Source: Chrysochromulina tobinii
Taxonomy: Eukaryota
Reading direction: 5' to 3'
NCBI GenBank assembly: GCA_001275005.1
Contig: JWZX01003361.1
Span: forward strand, 1 to 51,322
DNA length: 51,322 nt
Position 1 is the stretch's first letter. Each line of letters opens with the position of its first letter. The notes under the pieces are model-generated. The model was not told the DNA's origin, searched no databases, and saw only the letters and a list, made by a program, of their open reading frames with translations. A program made the position numbers and the translations under genes. This document shows, in pieces, positions 1-10,246 of the stretch.

Positions 1-1
1 G

Positions 2-711
2 GGGGGGGGCTCACCGAGAGGTCGAATGATGACGACTGGATGTGCGGGGGGCAGCCACGCTGGGGGTAGCCACGCTGGGGGTAGCTACGCGGCTCTGGGC
101 GTGAGCGACGACGAGCGCTTCCGCCTCTCGACCTACGGTGTGAATGATACCGACGGTGTGAATGACACGTTGATTTGCCACGGATGAGCCGCCTTGCATG
201 CCGGTGCTCACCACAGCGCGGTCCCGCCCACACAGGTGTCGACGACACGTTTGACGGACGAGGAGGAGGAGGAGGTGGAGGAACTCGCTCGCGCCCACGA
301 CAGCGCGTGGACCCACGTGGGCGCCGTCGTGGGCGCTCAAGCGGCGGCCGAGGCGGAGGCGATCGAGGGCGGCGCCCAGTACGGCGGCGACGGCCCACGC
401 CCAACACAGCGCGCGGAGGTGCCCTCCGAAGTGTTCGCGATGGCGCTCTCCCTCGCCTCCTCCGTCACCTCGCCGCATCTCGATGAGCAGGTGTGAATGC
501 CACTGATGACCTGTGATGACCACCGATTGCGAGGTTTGATTGCCACTGATGAGGCTCTCCTTCAGCTCCGTCACCTCGCCGCATCTCGATCTCGCCGCAT
601 CTCGATGAGCAGTTTCGAATGCTCATCGCGTCCCTCGACGCGCCCACGATGACGCGCGCGGTCGCGGGCACCTCCGGCCGCATCGCCTCGTACGGCTCCC
701 TCTCGAGCCAG
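2..711 (+). CDS. 5'-partial multi-exon coding fragment, acidic, unknown function; may be the N-terminus of the cNMP protein (exons about 2-139, 236-490, 613-711)
   Basis: Frames join across GT-AG introns 140-235 (tentative) and 491-612, giving ...LSTYG|VSTTRLTDEEEEEVEEL...SPHLDEQ|FRMLIASLD...GSLSSQ; donor GTACGC at 712. Confidence 0.55.
491..612 (+). mobile_element. Introner-like intron (donor-carrying type) whose 3' end duplicates the upstream exon end
   Basis: GTGTGAATGCCACTGATGACC... then 566-612 is a stuttered copy of exon 460-490 (CTCCGTCACCTCGCCGCATCTCGAT / CTCGCCGCATCTCGATGAGCAG) ending in the AG acceptor. Confidence 0.55.
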
Positions 712-716
712 GTACG

Positions 717-827
717 CTGATGACCCCTGATGACCCCTGATGACCCCTGATGACCCCTGATGACCACTGATGACCACTGATGACCCCTGATGACCCCTGA
801 TGACCCACTGATGACCCCTGATGACCC
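717..827 (+). repeat. Intronic tandem 10-mer array (CTGATGACCC/CTGATGACCA)n inside intron 712-847
   Basis: About 11 near-identical 10-nt units directly visible; bounded by GT at 712 and CAG at 845-847. Confidence 0.95.
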
Positions 828-847
828 TCCGTCGGCGCGCCGAGCAG

Positions 848-2584
848 GTGAGTGCGCGCCCCGGCGAGCCCCCGAAAGAGATCGCTCAGCTCGGTCCGGG
901 CGACTTTTTCGGAGAGACTGGGTTGCTCGAGGGGCGCGTCACGCGCAACACCGACGTGCTGTGTCGGACGCCCGTCGAGGTGCTCATGATCGGCAACGCC
1001 ATGTTCCTCCATTTGACTGGGCGCGCCAATGCGGGCTCCGCGGGGGCTGCCATCGCGTCCAAGATGCGAGAGCGAGCCGAAGCTCGGCAGCGCTCACGCT
1101 TGACACGGGCCATCGAGATGATGGAGGCCGCGCCGCTGCAGCCCATGAAATTCTGCAAGGGGGATGTGTTGTTTCGTCAAGGCGATCAGGCGACCCACTT
1201 TTACATCCTGAAGGCTGGTCAGCTTGCGAGCTCGTTCGTCGCCTCCACCGGAGAGCAGGCGGACCTCGGCATCCTCTCGGCTGGCATGCGCTTTGGGTGG
1301 AAGAACCGCGAATGGCGCCGATCGCCGCGGATTGCGTCTGATGACCTCTGATTGCCTCCCTCATCAGGCATGCACTTTGGGTACGATTCGGTGCTTGGAG
1401 AGGTCCACGACACGACTGTGCGGTGCCTGACGGATGCCGAGGTGCTCGCAGTGCCACGCGAGCAGCTGCAAAAGGCTGTCGGTCACGATACCTATCTGCA
1501 GTCCGTCTGGCAAGCACCCGCCAAGAGGTCGATCCTGCTGCGCCGTGAGCTGTCCCAAGCGCTGTCCCAAGCGCTCTCTCGCGGACAGGAGGATGCGATG
1601 GCGCCGACGAGCGGTGAAACCAAAGGGTTGGCAGGCGGCCTTGGCAGTCGTGCACTGAGAGCCGACAGGCTGAAAGCTGAGGATATTGAGCCGTTGCTAC
1701 GGCGCTCGCGACCCTGTCGCCTCGTACAAGGTGAGGTGGTCTTCGAGCAAGGGTCGGTGCCGAGCGCAGTGTACCTGCTCCGCGAGGGAGAATGCCAAGT
1801 CGAGACGACCACAGGCGCCGGCAACTACACGACAGTGGTGGGCAAGCTCACGGCTGGAGATCATTTTGGAGAGGGGGCGCTGCTCGAAGGTCGCGATCGA
1901 CGCAATTCAGCGGTTCGGTGCATTGACCCGAACGGCTGCCAGCTCGGCGTCCTGAGTAAGGGCGCCTTCAGCGCCATCTTGCGCGCGCAGCCCGAGCTTG
2001 CCACCGCGTTCGAGAGCATCACGGCCAGCCGCAATCGCAAGCGGCTTCGTTCCATCATCGCTTTGGCAGTCGAGCGCTCCGAGTGCGAAACGCGCTCGCT
2101 CAAGACCGGACAAGTGCTTTTCTCTCAAGGCGATACTGCTACCGACTTTTTCATGGTCGAGTCAGGCGCGGTGCAAATGGCATACCGAACCAGCGATGGT
2201 CGCCAGCTGCCGTCACGCACGCACCGCGCGGGCGACATTTTTGGTGCGTCCGGGCTGGTTGCCGGCGATCGCAAGCGGCGTGACATTGCCATTGCCATCG
2301 AGCCGACCGTGGTGAAAGCGATTCCACACTCGCGCTTCAACGCGCTTATGCGCCAAGACTCACTTCTCGCCGAGGGGCTTCGCCGGTCGACCACCTTCAG
2401 CGATCTGAACGGTGGTGAGTCGAGCGCAGCCACAGATCATAGTGCTCACGCCGAGCCCGTCCAGAAGGGTCGCGGTCGCAGTGTTCGCGAACTCGCGGTT
2501 GCATGGAGCGGCCACGTACTTGTGGGCAAAGACGCGTCGCGCGACAATAAGAACAAGGAGGCAGGAGGGCAACAACGCCCCTGA
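848..2584 (+). CDS. Cyclic-nucleotide-binding domain protein with 4 CNB domains, first one lacking its N-terminal half (exons 848-1283, 1368-2584)
   Basis: Motifs LGPGDFFGETGLL..R, GDVLFRQGDQATHFYILKAG, GEVVFEQG..AVYLLREG..GDHFGEGALL..RRN, GQVLFSQGD..FFMVESG..GDIFG. ORFs 821-1351 and 1352-2584 are in frame and joined by GC-AG intron 1284-1367. Confidence 0.88.
1284..1367 (+). mobile_element. Introner-like GC-AG intron (acceptor-carrying type)
   Basis: 5' end GCATGCGCTTTGGGT copies downstream exon start GCATGCACTTTGGGT; 3' end ...CTGATGACCTCTGATTGCCTCCCTCATCAG; removal deletes the in-frame TGA at 1349 and restores LSAG-MHFG of CNB2. Confidence 0.6.
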
Positions 2585-3169
2585 GAGCTGCTGCGTAAGC
2601 TGCCGAGCTTTTGCGTAGGCGCATGAGGATTTGCGCGTGAGGCTCAGCCCGCCAGGCCACACCCTGTCCCGGAGGCATGCAGATTGCATGCGTTCCCAAC
2701 CCGTCAATCGTGTTACCAAATTAGTGTGTAACGGTTCGGGCGCGAGCCCTCCAGTTCGCAGTTGTTGTGCAATAAGTGACTAACTCAGTAAGATTCCCAC
2801 ATGGATTCCCATCGCGTGCATGAAGATTCCCGGGCCGCATACGCAGCCGGGTTTCGTTTCATGACTAGCCCCTGGAAATACTCGGGGCAGTTGGTGCCTC
2901 AGGGCAGGCAGTCCAGTGGGACGGCAGCCGCTGAGCACCCCGCACGCGATTTTGAGTAGGATCGTGTACAGGTGTCAGGTCGGTTTCAGGACTGTTACAG
3001 GCGTTGACGCGTGGCCGGTCTCAACGTCCTCACCAACCTCACGGCTCGCCCATGAGGTAGCAGAGCTGTGTGAAGCCCATTACTCCTGTCAAGTCAAGTC
3101 AAGTTGACCGACTTGACTCGACAGCGTCTCTTGCGGGGCTTCTTTTTTAACGAAGCGGAGACGAGATAC

Positions 3170-4693
3170 ATGCGAGGTCGCCCTGTCATCATGTCGCTCG
3201 CGCTGCTCGCACGCTGCCTCACGCTTCAGACATGTGCTGCAGTCCAGCAGACGCCATCGACGGCCGGACGCGGCTTTGGTGCCGTACCCACCAGCAAAAA
3301 AGAAAAAGCAGTGAGCAAGGTGCAGGACGGTCTGAACACTGCTGGCACGACCAACGCAGCTTTCGAAGAGTGGGCAAAGAAGAGTGGCATCGAGAAGTTT
3401 GAACCCATGGAGATCCACGAGTTCCCGGACACGGGTCGAGGCGTGCGTGCGACCACAGAAATCGTTCCCAGCGCGCGCATCGTCAAGGTGCCCTCGCGCC
3501 TCGCCCTGCAGGTGAACTCGCTCACCAAGAGCCCGGCGTGGTGCGACGAGGCATGCTGGAAGGCCGCCAAGTGGGACGCGCGGCTGGCGATGATGCTCTT
3601 GCGCGAGGAGCAGGACGCACGCTCCGACCTCAAGCCCTGGCTGGCGCAGCTCCCGCGCTCCTTCAACACGCCCGTGCTGTGGTCCGACGCGGCCGCGGCT
3701 TTTGGTGTGGTCAGCTACCCCGCCCTCTCTGCCGCCGTGGCGGCGCAGCGCGCTGAATGGGACGCTGCGCGCGCCAAGGCGCCCGGGGCGCCGTCCAAGG
3801 AGAAGTGGGATTGGGCCATGAACGTCGCCCGCTCGCGCGCCTTCTCAGGCCCGTATACGCCCAGCACCTTTGTGGGCTCGCTCAGTACGCTCTTCGGAGC
3901 GTCCACCCTCGCGCTCGTGTACGCGCTCGTCGTGGGCGGCGCGGGCGCGGCGGATCAGGCCTTTGACGGCTTCCTCGCCGCGGTGGTCTTCATCCTGTGC
4001 AACGACTTCCTCATCGGCCCGCGCTTCTCGTCTGCCAAGCGCCACGTTCTCTGCCCGTGGATTGATTTGCTCAATCACGATGGCAATCTCGGCAAGTCCG
4101 AGATAGCCTACGAGTACTTCTCGGATGCGTTCGCGGCGCGGCTCGACCCCGATGGTGGCGCGGTGGCCGCGGGCAGCGAGGTGCTCATCTCGTACGGCCC
4201 GCGCACCAACGACGTCCTGCTGCAATACTACGGCTTCGTGCAGCCAAACAACCCGTTCGACATCTTCGCTGTGCAGCAGGAGATGCTCATCCTGGACCTC
4301 AATGCCCACCGGACGCTGAGCGCCGAGGCGCTGCCGGCGCTCGCCAAGGCGGGGCTGACGGACCCGACGGCCTTCCATGCGCTGAGTGCCGACGGGGCTG
4401 GCGAGTCGACCAGCCGTCTCGCTCGCCTCGTCCTGCATCCGGCAGCGGCCTCTCAGGCCGACGAGGGCAAGCAGCCACTCTCTCCAACGGCCGAGGCCGA
4501 TGTGCACCGCGCCCTTGCCGCCGTGGCCGAGGCACGGCTCGCGGCCATGCTGCTGCCCGAGCAGGTGGCGGCCGCGGCGCTCGCCGAAGACGTGCCGAGA
4601 GAGCTGATGACCGCCTTCATTGCCGAGAAGCGTCGCGTGCTCGAGGCGAGCTCGAGGGCTCTTCGGCGGAAGGCGTTGGGCGTGGGGGCGTGA
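3170..4693 (+). CDS. SET-domain lysine methyltransferase, Rubisco-LSMT family, probably plastid-targeted
   Basis: GRGVRAT, KPWLAQLP, SRAFSG, LCPWIDLLNH, EVLISYG..N..LLQYYGFV motifs plus LSMT substrate-binding-like C-terminus; N-terminal signal-like leader (alternative ATG 3191). Confidence 0.9.
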   Translation: MRGRPVIMSLALLARCLTLQTCAAVQQTPSTAGRGFGAVPTSKKEKAVSKVQDGLNTAGTTNAAFEEWAKKSGIEKFEPMEIHEFPDTGRGVRATTEIVPSARIVKVPSRLALQVNSLTKSPAWCDEACWKAAKWDARLAMMLLREEQDARSDLKPWLAQLPRSFNTPVLWSDAAAAFGVVSYPALSAAVAAQRAEWDAARAKAPGAPSKEKWDWAMNVARSRAFSGPYTPSTFVGSLSTLFGASTLALVYALVVGGAGAADQAFDGFLAAVVFILCNDFLIGPRFSSAKRHVLCPWIDLLNHDGNLGKSEIAYEYFSDAFAARLDPDGGAVAAGSEVLISYGPRTNDVLLQYYGFVQPNNPFDIFAVQQEMLILDLNAHRTLSAEALPALAKAGLTDPTAFHALSADGAGESTSRLARLVLHPAAASQADEGKQPLSPTAEADVHRALAAVAEARLAAMLLPEQVAAAALAEDVPRELMTAFIAEKRRVLEASSRALRRKALGVGA

Positions 4694-4989
4694 TCGTCGA
4701 GGCCCACGGCACATGCCGTGGCTGGGGTACTTTTGGTGCTCCGTCACGAATTGAGACCCACCTCGTCGATTGGGCGCGAATTGGGGACACGAGGAATGCT
4801 CGGGTTTAATTAGGCTGCCTCGCGACTCAGTCTCAGATGAGTGTTCTCTTTCATGCAAATCCGATTCGATGAGCGCGGTCTCCGGAAACTCCATCCGATC
4901 CCTAGCGTAGCAGCTCGGACGAATTTGCAGAGAGCGCATTCACGCCACACGCCACACCGCGCCACACCCAGAGGCACTCTAACGCGAGA

Positions 4990-5643
4990 TCATACTAAGG
5001 TCGATGCCTGCTGCGCACGCCGCTCGGCGGCCTCTGCCATCAAGCGCCGCCGTTCTACCGCCTCGGCTGCGGCAGCTGCTGCGGCATCCTCGGCCCGTGC
5101 GCGCTTTTTGCCGCCTTTGGCGCCAGCGATGACAGAGCCAACGGATGACGATGACGCCGCGGTCCCGACGCTGCTCTCGCCACCCACCTTCTGCCCCGCT
5201 CCCCAGCAGTGCAGGATGCCCTTGTCAGGCAGGTGATTCAGCTCCGTGAGCAGCGCCTCGGCCGCGCTGCAGATATGGTCGAACCTGACCTTGCCCAAAT
5301 TCTGGCCGCCGTATACGCGAGACACCATGACAGCAACGTCAGTTGCCTTGAGCCTCGTGAGGCAGCCCATCAATCGCTGCCCACCATTTGCTTCGCCGTC
5401 GTCGTCGTACGCCTTTTGTAGCTTGCCCGCCTCACGAACACGAAACGCTGTCATGTTGTTGTCGGCACCAGCAGCATCACCCTCACCTCGCATGAGGACA
5501 ATCGCTGCATGTGCCGCAGCTACTGAGCGCACCGGCCATACGACCTGGGCGGTGAAGAGGGAGCCACGATCGGTGATCGATGCGGAGGAACGCGCCAGCT
5601 GCACGCTGCCGTGACGCCCTAGGTGGCGAGTCTCGCCGTGCAT
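4990..5643 (-). CDS. IMPACT/YigZ (UPF0029) family protein lacking RWD domain
   Basis: ITDRGSLF, NNMTAFR, YDDDGEANGGQRL, VAVMVSRVYGGQNLGKVRFDHI signature motifs. Confidence 0.88.
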   Translation of the reverse strand: MHGETRHLGRHGSVQLARSSASITDRGSLFTAQVVWPVRSVAAAHAAIVLMRGEGDAAGADNNMTAFRVREAGKLQKAYDDDGEANGGQRLMGCLTRLKATDVAVMVSRVYGGQNLGKVRFDHICSAAEALLTELNHLPDKGILHCWGAGQKVGGESSVGTAASSSSVGSVIAGAKGGKKRARAEDAAAAAAAEAVERRRLMAEAAERRAQQASTLV

Positions 5644-5818
5644 TGTGAACGAAGTTCATCTGAACTTCTGAAGCATTGCTGGAAAAGGTCAGCTCAGAAC
5701 AAACGCAAGGCCGCTAGCCGCGATACTGTTGTACGCTCTAATCCGGGGGCGCCGCGCGCGCGCACGCCGCGGCGACGGGGCAGAAGGCCCATTCGAACGC
5801 CAGAGGGGTTCTCGCTCC

Positions 5819-8390
5819 TCACGACGAACACGACGAGCGATGGCGCGTGAGCCTCGCAGAGAGCCACGCGACGGCAAGGGCGAGCAGCGCCGTCGTCGAT
5901 GCCGCTGGAGGCGCGGCGGCGCGATGCGTGCCGGAGGCGACGGGGACGAGGTCTGGCGGGATCTTCCATACGTCATTCGAGCAGTCGAATCGCCCAAATC
6001 TGTTACAGTCTCCTTGGCCTCGGTCCACCTGCGGCACAATCGCGTCGAGCACGAGCTCAAACTCGGTGCGCGCCGTGTTGAGCCCCATGTCCTGTACGCT
6101 CACAAACCACTCGGCTGCTCGCCGCAGGTCGGCCCGTCCCTGAGCGCCGTAGGGGACGATCGACGTGTTCGCACTCGCGTAGCGGCGAACGCCCGTGTAA
6201 CGGTCGAAGGAGGTATACCATGTGAGCTCACAATCTCCCACGCAGCTCGATCCCACGACGTCGGTCGGGTCCGAGCAGTCGCCCACGCAGAGGGCATTCT
6301 GGATGTCGCCGGGGTAGGTGGACGCGCGACCCGCCCGCAGGTAGACTGCGCGCACTGCGCCGCGCGTCACGTTGAGCCGCGCGCGGAGAGCTTGTGCTGA
6401 ATCGAGCACCCGCACAACAAAGTGGACCATCCGACCGCAGCAGACCGAGCCGTCGCCGCCGCCCGCGCGCGGCGTGATCGTGGTGCCGAGTGGCTTGCGC
6501 GCCGCGCTCAAGTGGAAATTGAGGTCCAACGTAGTGGGCATGAGGCCTTGTGCCTCGGCCTCAGCCCTCGGCGCGAGGTAGACGCCTATGTGCCACGTGC
6601 GCGGGACGAACGGGTTGTCGGGGGCCATCGAGACGCTCATCGGCTCGGTGAGCCACAGTCTGTTGGTCGTGATGCTCGAGCCCACATCGTAGAGCGTCGC
6701 ATTGGGTGGCGCGCCCTCCCTTATGAGCAGGTGCGTCACGCTTTGCGACAGGCCCACGAAGACATTCGCAGCCTCCTCGTTGGTCGCCTGGACCGTGTAG
6801 CGGCGCCACTGGCCATAGCTCACACACCCAGGGCGCACCTCACGGTGGGCCAGCGCGCCGTCGGCAAACGGCTGGTGGCGCACCTGATGAAGGGGGCAAT
6901 CCGATGCAATCAGACGTACTCAGACGTACTCAGGCGTGCTCCGTCGGCAAACGGCTGGTGGCGCAAGGCGCACCGTGAGCTCATAAAAGGGCCGGTTGGG
7001 CTTCATCTCGTTGTTGGCCCGATTAGGGTTGCACGTGGGCGGCGTCGTCCCGGCCCGCATGGACGTGTACAACGGCTGGTAATGGGGGCCCACGTACCCG
7101 TTGGTGCAGCCCGCGCCGATGTATTGCATGCCGACGGGCGACTGGAGGGTCGCCGCGTGCACAGCGAGCGCATACCGTCCAGCTTGGGGCGCCTCCGTGC
7201 AGAAGAGCGACGCGTTCGCGAACTCAGTCGAGTTGACGATTGGCACGACACGCACGTCGGGCAGAACTGCCACCGCCGCCGCGCCCCCGCCCTTTCCGAC
7301 CGGCGGCGGCGGCGGCGGGCGGAAGACGTTCACGGCGGTGGGGCATGTGTTGCGCGAGACGATCAAGCTGCCGAGCAGGCCGTGGTCGACATGATCACGC
7401 GCCTGGCCCGTCAAGTCGTCTACGTACGTCGAGAAGCGCTCAAGACGGCGCAACGAGAGGCTCAGCACGTCGAAGCTGCCCACGTTGATGGCGAAGTAGT
7501 GCATCGCATCGGGCTCAATGGGTGCGGTGATCACGTCGCCATCGCTGACCTGGCGCGGCACGCGCGTCGCCGCAATGTCAAACGGGCAGCCGAAGCCCAG
7601 CATGCTACCCCACGAGCAGCGTACGCCGACCATCACGAGCGGGTGCACGAGCGACGCGCAGCCCTGATCGCCGAGTGTGGTGTTGAACCCCAGCGTCAAC
7701 GTGAGCGAGTCGACGCCGGGCCGATAGAACACGGTGCCTGGCACTGCGGCCGCGGCCGCCTGCGTCGGGTTGAAAGTCGCTGGCACGTCCCACTGCGATG
7801 GCATCGCGTTCAGAGCACCCATGCCGTTGACGATGATCACGTCGCTCGTGGCGTATCGATTCTGCGTCTCGACCCACATGCTGTCGAACTGCACGACGAC
7901 GGCCTGGGTCTCGCTGACTGTCGTCGCACGTCTCACGGTTCGGACCACGGTGTCTGGCGGTAGAGGTGTCTGGCGGGCAAAGGTCGTCACGCTGCGCTGG
8001 CCCGTTGTCACAAACTGGAACCACTGCCAGTGGCCGTGGCAAAGCCCGCGAACGTGCAGCGGTGTCGACGAGAGTACGGGGATCGGCCGCTGCGCAAACT
8101 GGCCCGGGCTTTCAGGGTTGGGCGGCATGCCACAGGGAACCAGCTGGGGCGGCGGAGGCGGTGGGAACGGAGGCCTGGGCGGAGGCGAGGGCGGTGGCGG
8201 TGGAAACTGGGGAGGTAAGGGCGGCGGTGTGCGGGGATTCAAGTCGGGCGGTGGGGGCCTCGGGGATCGGAACCGCGCGGACATGCCAGCGACCTGCGGC
8301 TCAGCGAGGGCGGGCGGCGGTGTCCCAGGGGGCGTCAAGGGAAAAAGGGCGTGAAAGAGTGAACCGTACAAAAACGGGGAACCGGGACAT
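5819..8390 (-). CDS. Large Cys-containing surface/secreted protein with Pro-rich N-terminus, repeated beta-sandwich-like modules and hydrophobic C-terminal anchor (intron 6884-6973; 5' end uncertain)
   Basis: ORFs 6920-8929 and 5819-6883 joined in frame (YELT|VRHQPF); poly-Pro tract; C-terminal TTALLALAVAWL; start probably at 8390 with a short intron, or at an internal ATG near 8284. Confidence 0.75.
6884..6973 (-). mobile_element. Introner-like GT-AG intron (acceptor-carrying type)
   Basis: 25-nt perfect duplicate (6941-6965 = exon 6858-6882); sense strand reads CTGAGTACGT x2, CTGATTGCAT, then GATTGCCCCCTTCATCAG acceptor. Confidence 0.65.
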
Positions 8391-8504
8391 CCCCGGTGCA
8401 CGGAAAACTCGATGTGCCTCGCGGGAATTCGTGTCTTCCAAATTCGTTTAGTTTCTGCAACTGGTCCTTTTCTTGCAATCGAGACTCCTGAATCGGAGGC
8501 CGAC

Positions 8505-9698
8505 ATGCCCCCGCGGACGAACACGCCAACGAAATCTTCGCGCCCGAGCACGTCGCCGGCTCCATCGCGTCCTCCATCCGCCTCTCCGGCACGCAAGGCG
8601 GCGTCTCCTAAGCCATCGGCGAAGAAGGCCGCGGCCAAGGCTGACGAGGCCACACCCGCAGCTGCAGCCATTGAGCCTGATGCAGAGGTCGCAGCTCCTG
8701 CTGCGACGGTGCCTGAGACGAGCAACGGCAATGGCCATAATCCCGTCTCTGCCGAGGCGCCTAGCAGCGGCCCGCAGTGGGCGCTTCCGCTCTGCATCCT
8801 GGCGACTATAATTGCGATCGTCGTCGGGGCTGCTGTCTGGCCTGATGAGCTCCAACTGGAGCCGAGGAAGGTAACGAAGATCGGACCGGACGCCTTCGAA
8901 CTCGACAAGCTTGAGCTCAAAGCATCCAAAGACGGCTACACCGGCAGCAACCTGGTGGTCTTCACCTACAATGCCAGTCTGAAGCCCGACTGCCCGGCGT
9001 GCACGGCGCTGCACTCGGTGACCGTCAGCACCGAGTTCAAGAGGGAGGTCGCGAATTGGCGACACAAGAAGGTGCTCAGGATGGGCAAGATCCTATGCAA
9101 CAACGCGAAGCAGAACACAGATCTGTGCGAGCGCTTCAGCGCCGTCGTAGGCGCGGGTGACGACTTCAGCCCCGTGAATGCCATCGAACCAACAGTCTTT
9201 GTGGAGGGCAGCCGCCAGATGAAGCCGGCAGCAGACGGGTACGCCGGCAACGTGCTCGTCCTCTTCACCCAGGAGTCCTCGGCAAAGGCGCCGCCGTGCG
9301 AGCCGTGCCAGAAGCTCGACGCCCTTATCACTGACCCGACGTTCGAACGTCGTGAGGCTGCGTGGCGTAAGCGCGGCCTCGCGCGCATCGCCAAGGTCTA
9401 CTGCAACAAGCAGATCGATCTGTGCGAGCGATTTGGAGTGACGGGCTCGAGCGGCACCGAGCCAGGGTTGCCGCACGTCGTGTGGTTCAAGGGTGGCGAG
9501 GAGCAGGGTATGTACGAAGGCGGGCACAGCAGCCTGGGAGACTTTGACAAATGGGTCTTCACGCATTCCATGCCGCACGTGCTCTGGTTCGAGCATGGCA
9601 AGGAGGCCGTCGCGTACGATGGCAACACATCGAGCGTTGCGGATTTCCACAAGTGGGTCGTCGCAAAGGAGGACGTGGCTGAGCGGGCTGAATTGTGA
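8505..9698 (+). CDS. Membrane-anchored thioredoxin/PDI-like protein with two CxxC domains (CPAC, CEPC) and C-terminal RAEL
   Basis: TM segment ALPLCILATIIAIVVGAAVW; two homologous Trx folds (K..CN...LCERF, PHV.WF..G...Y.G...DF.KWV); KDEL-like terminus. Confidence 0.8.
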   Translation: MPPRTNTPTKSSRPSTSPAPSRPPSASPARKAASPKPSAKKAAAKADEATPAAAAIEPDAEVAAPAATVPETSNGNGHNPVSAEAPSSGPQWALPLCILATIIAIVVGAAVWPDELQLEPRKVTKIGPDAFELDKLELKASKDGYTGSNLVVFTYNASLKPDCPACTALHSVTVSTEFKREVANWRHKKVLRMGKILCNNAKQNTDLCERFSAVVGAGDDFSPVNAIEPTVFVEGSRQMKPAADGYAGNVLVLFTQESSAKAPPCEPCQKLDALITDPTFERREAAWRKRGLARIAKVYCNKQIDLCERFGVTGSSGTEPGLPHVVWFKGGEEQGMYEGGHSSLGDFDKWVFTHSMPHVLWFEHGKEAVAYDGNTSSVADFHKWVVAKEDVAERAEL

Positions 9699-10246
9699 GA
9701 CGGTCTCTGTCAGCAATGCGTGTGCGCGTGCGTGTGCGCGGGCCGCGGCTTCCCGGATCTCTCGCGCGTCCGTGGGCCGTCGCGGTCGTGTCTGAAAAAA
9801 TCACATCAGTTTCGAAAATGCACCGCATCCCCTCCGTGTGTGCGAGCATGCGATGCACGGGGTGCGGCATCAGGGATGCCGCGCAAGGTAGCGGCACGGC
9901 ATGCAAAACGTCCGCCGTTCGGCGCTTTCGGGGGTCGCCTGAGTCGCCTGCGGTGGCGGCCTGGCGCCTGCGCGCTGCGGCGGGCGCAGGCTCACCATGC
10001 GCGCGCACGCGCGCGTACCGATGGGCGGCGCGCGCACACAACCGCACAAATACAATGACAAAAGGGGTGTTCAACACGCTCGCAGTTCTGCGGAGAGCTT
10101 CGCATTGTGCAAAACACCGAGGGCAGTCCAAGCCTCGGCAAGGGCACAAGACGTGGCGGCGGAGGGGTGTGGCAAGCTTTCTCGAGAGAGCTCGCATGCA
10201 AGTCCCCGGCCGCCACGCGTGCGCGTGCGCCCGATGACCGACTTAC

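Noticed and set aside
717..827. CRISPR-like array (also 13163-13334, 44795-44981)
   Set aside because: Head-to-tail units with no unique spacers, no cas genes, eukaryotic context.
1349..1351. In-frame TGA between two same-frame ORFs suggesting selenocysteine or readthrough (also near 6920)
   Set aside because: Both stops lie inside introns whose removal restores the domain without duplicated residues.
6422..7963. 513-aa plus-strand ORF (similarly 3845-4939, 40002-41096, 46351-47727 and many shorter ones)
   Set aside because: Antisense or alternate-frame shadows of real genes, expected at high GC; Arg/His-rich featureless translations.
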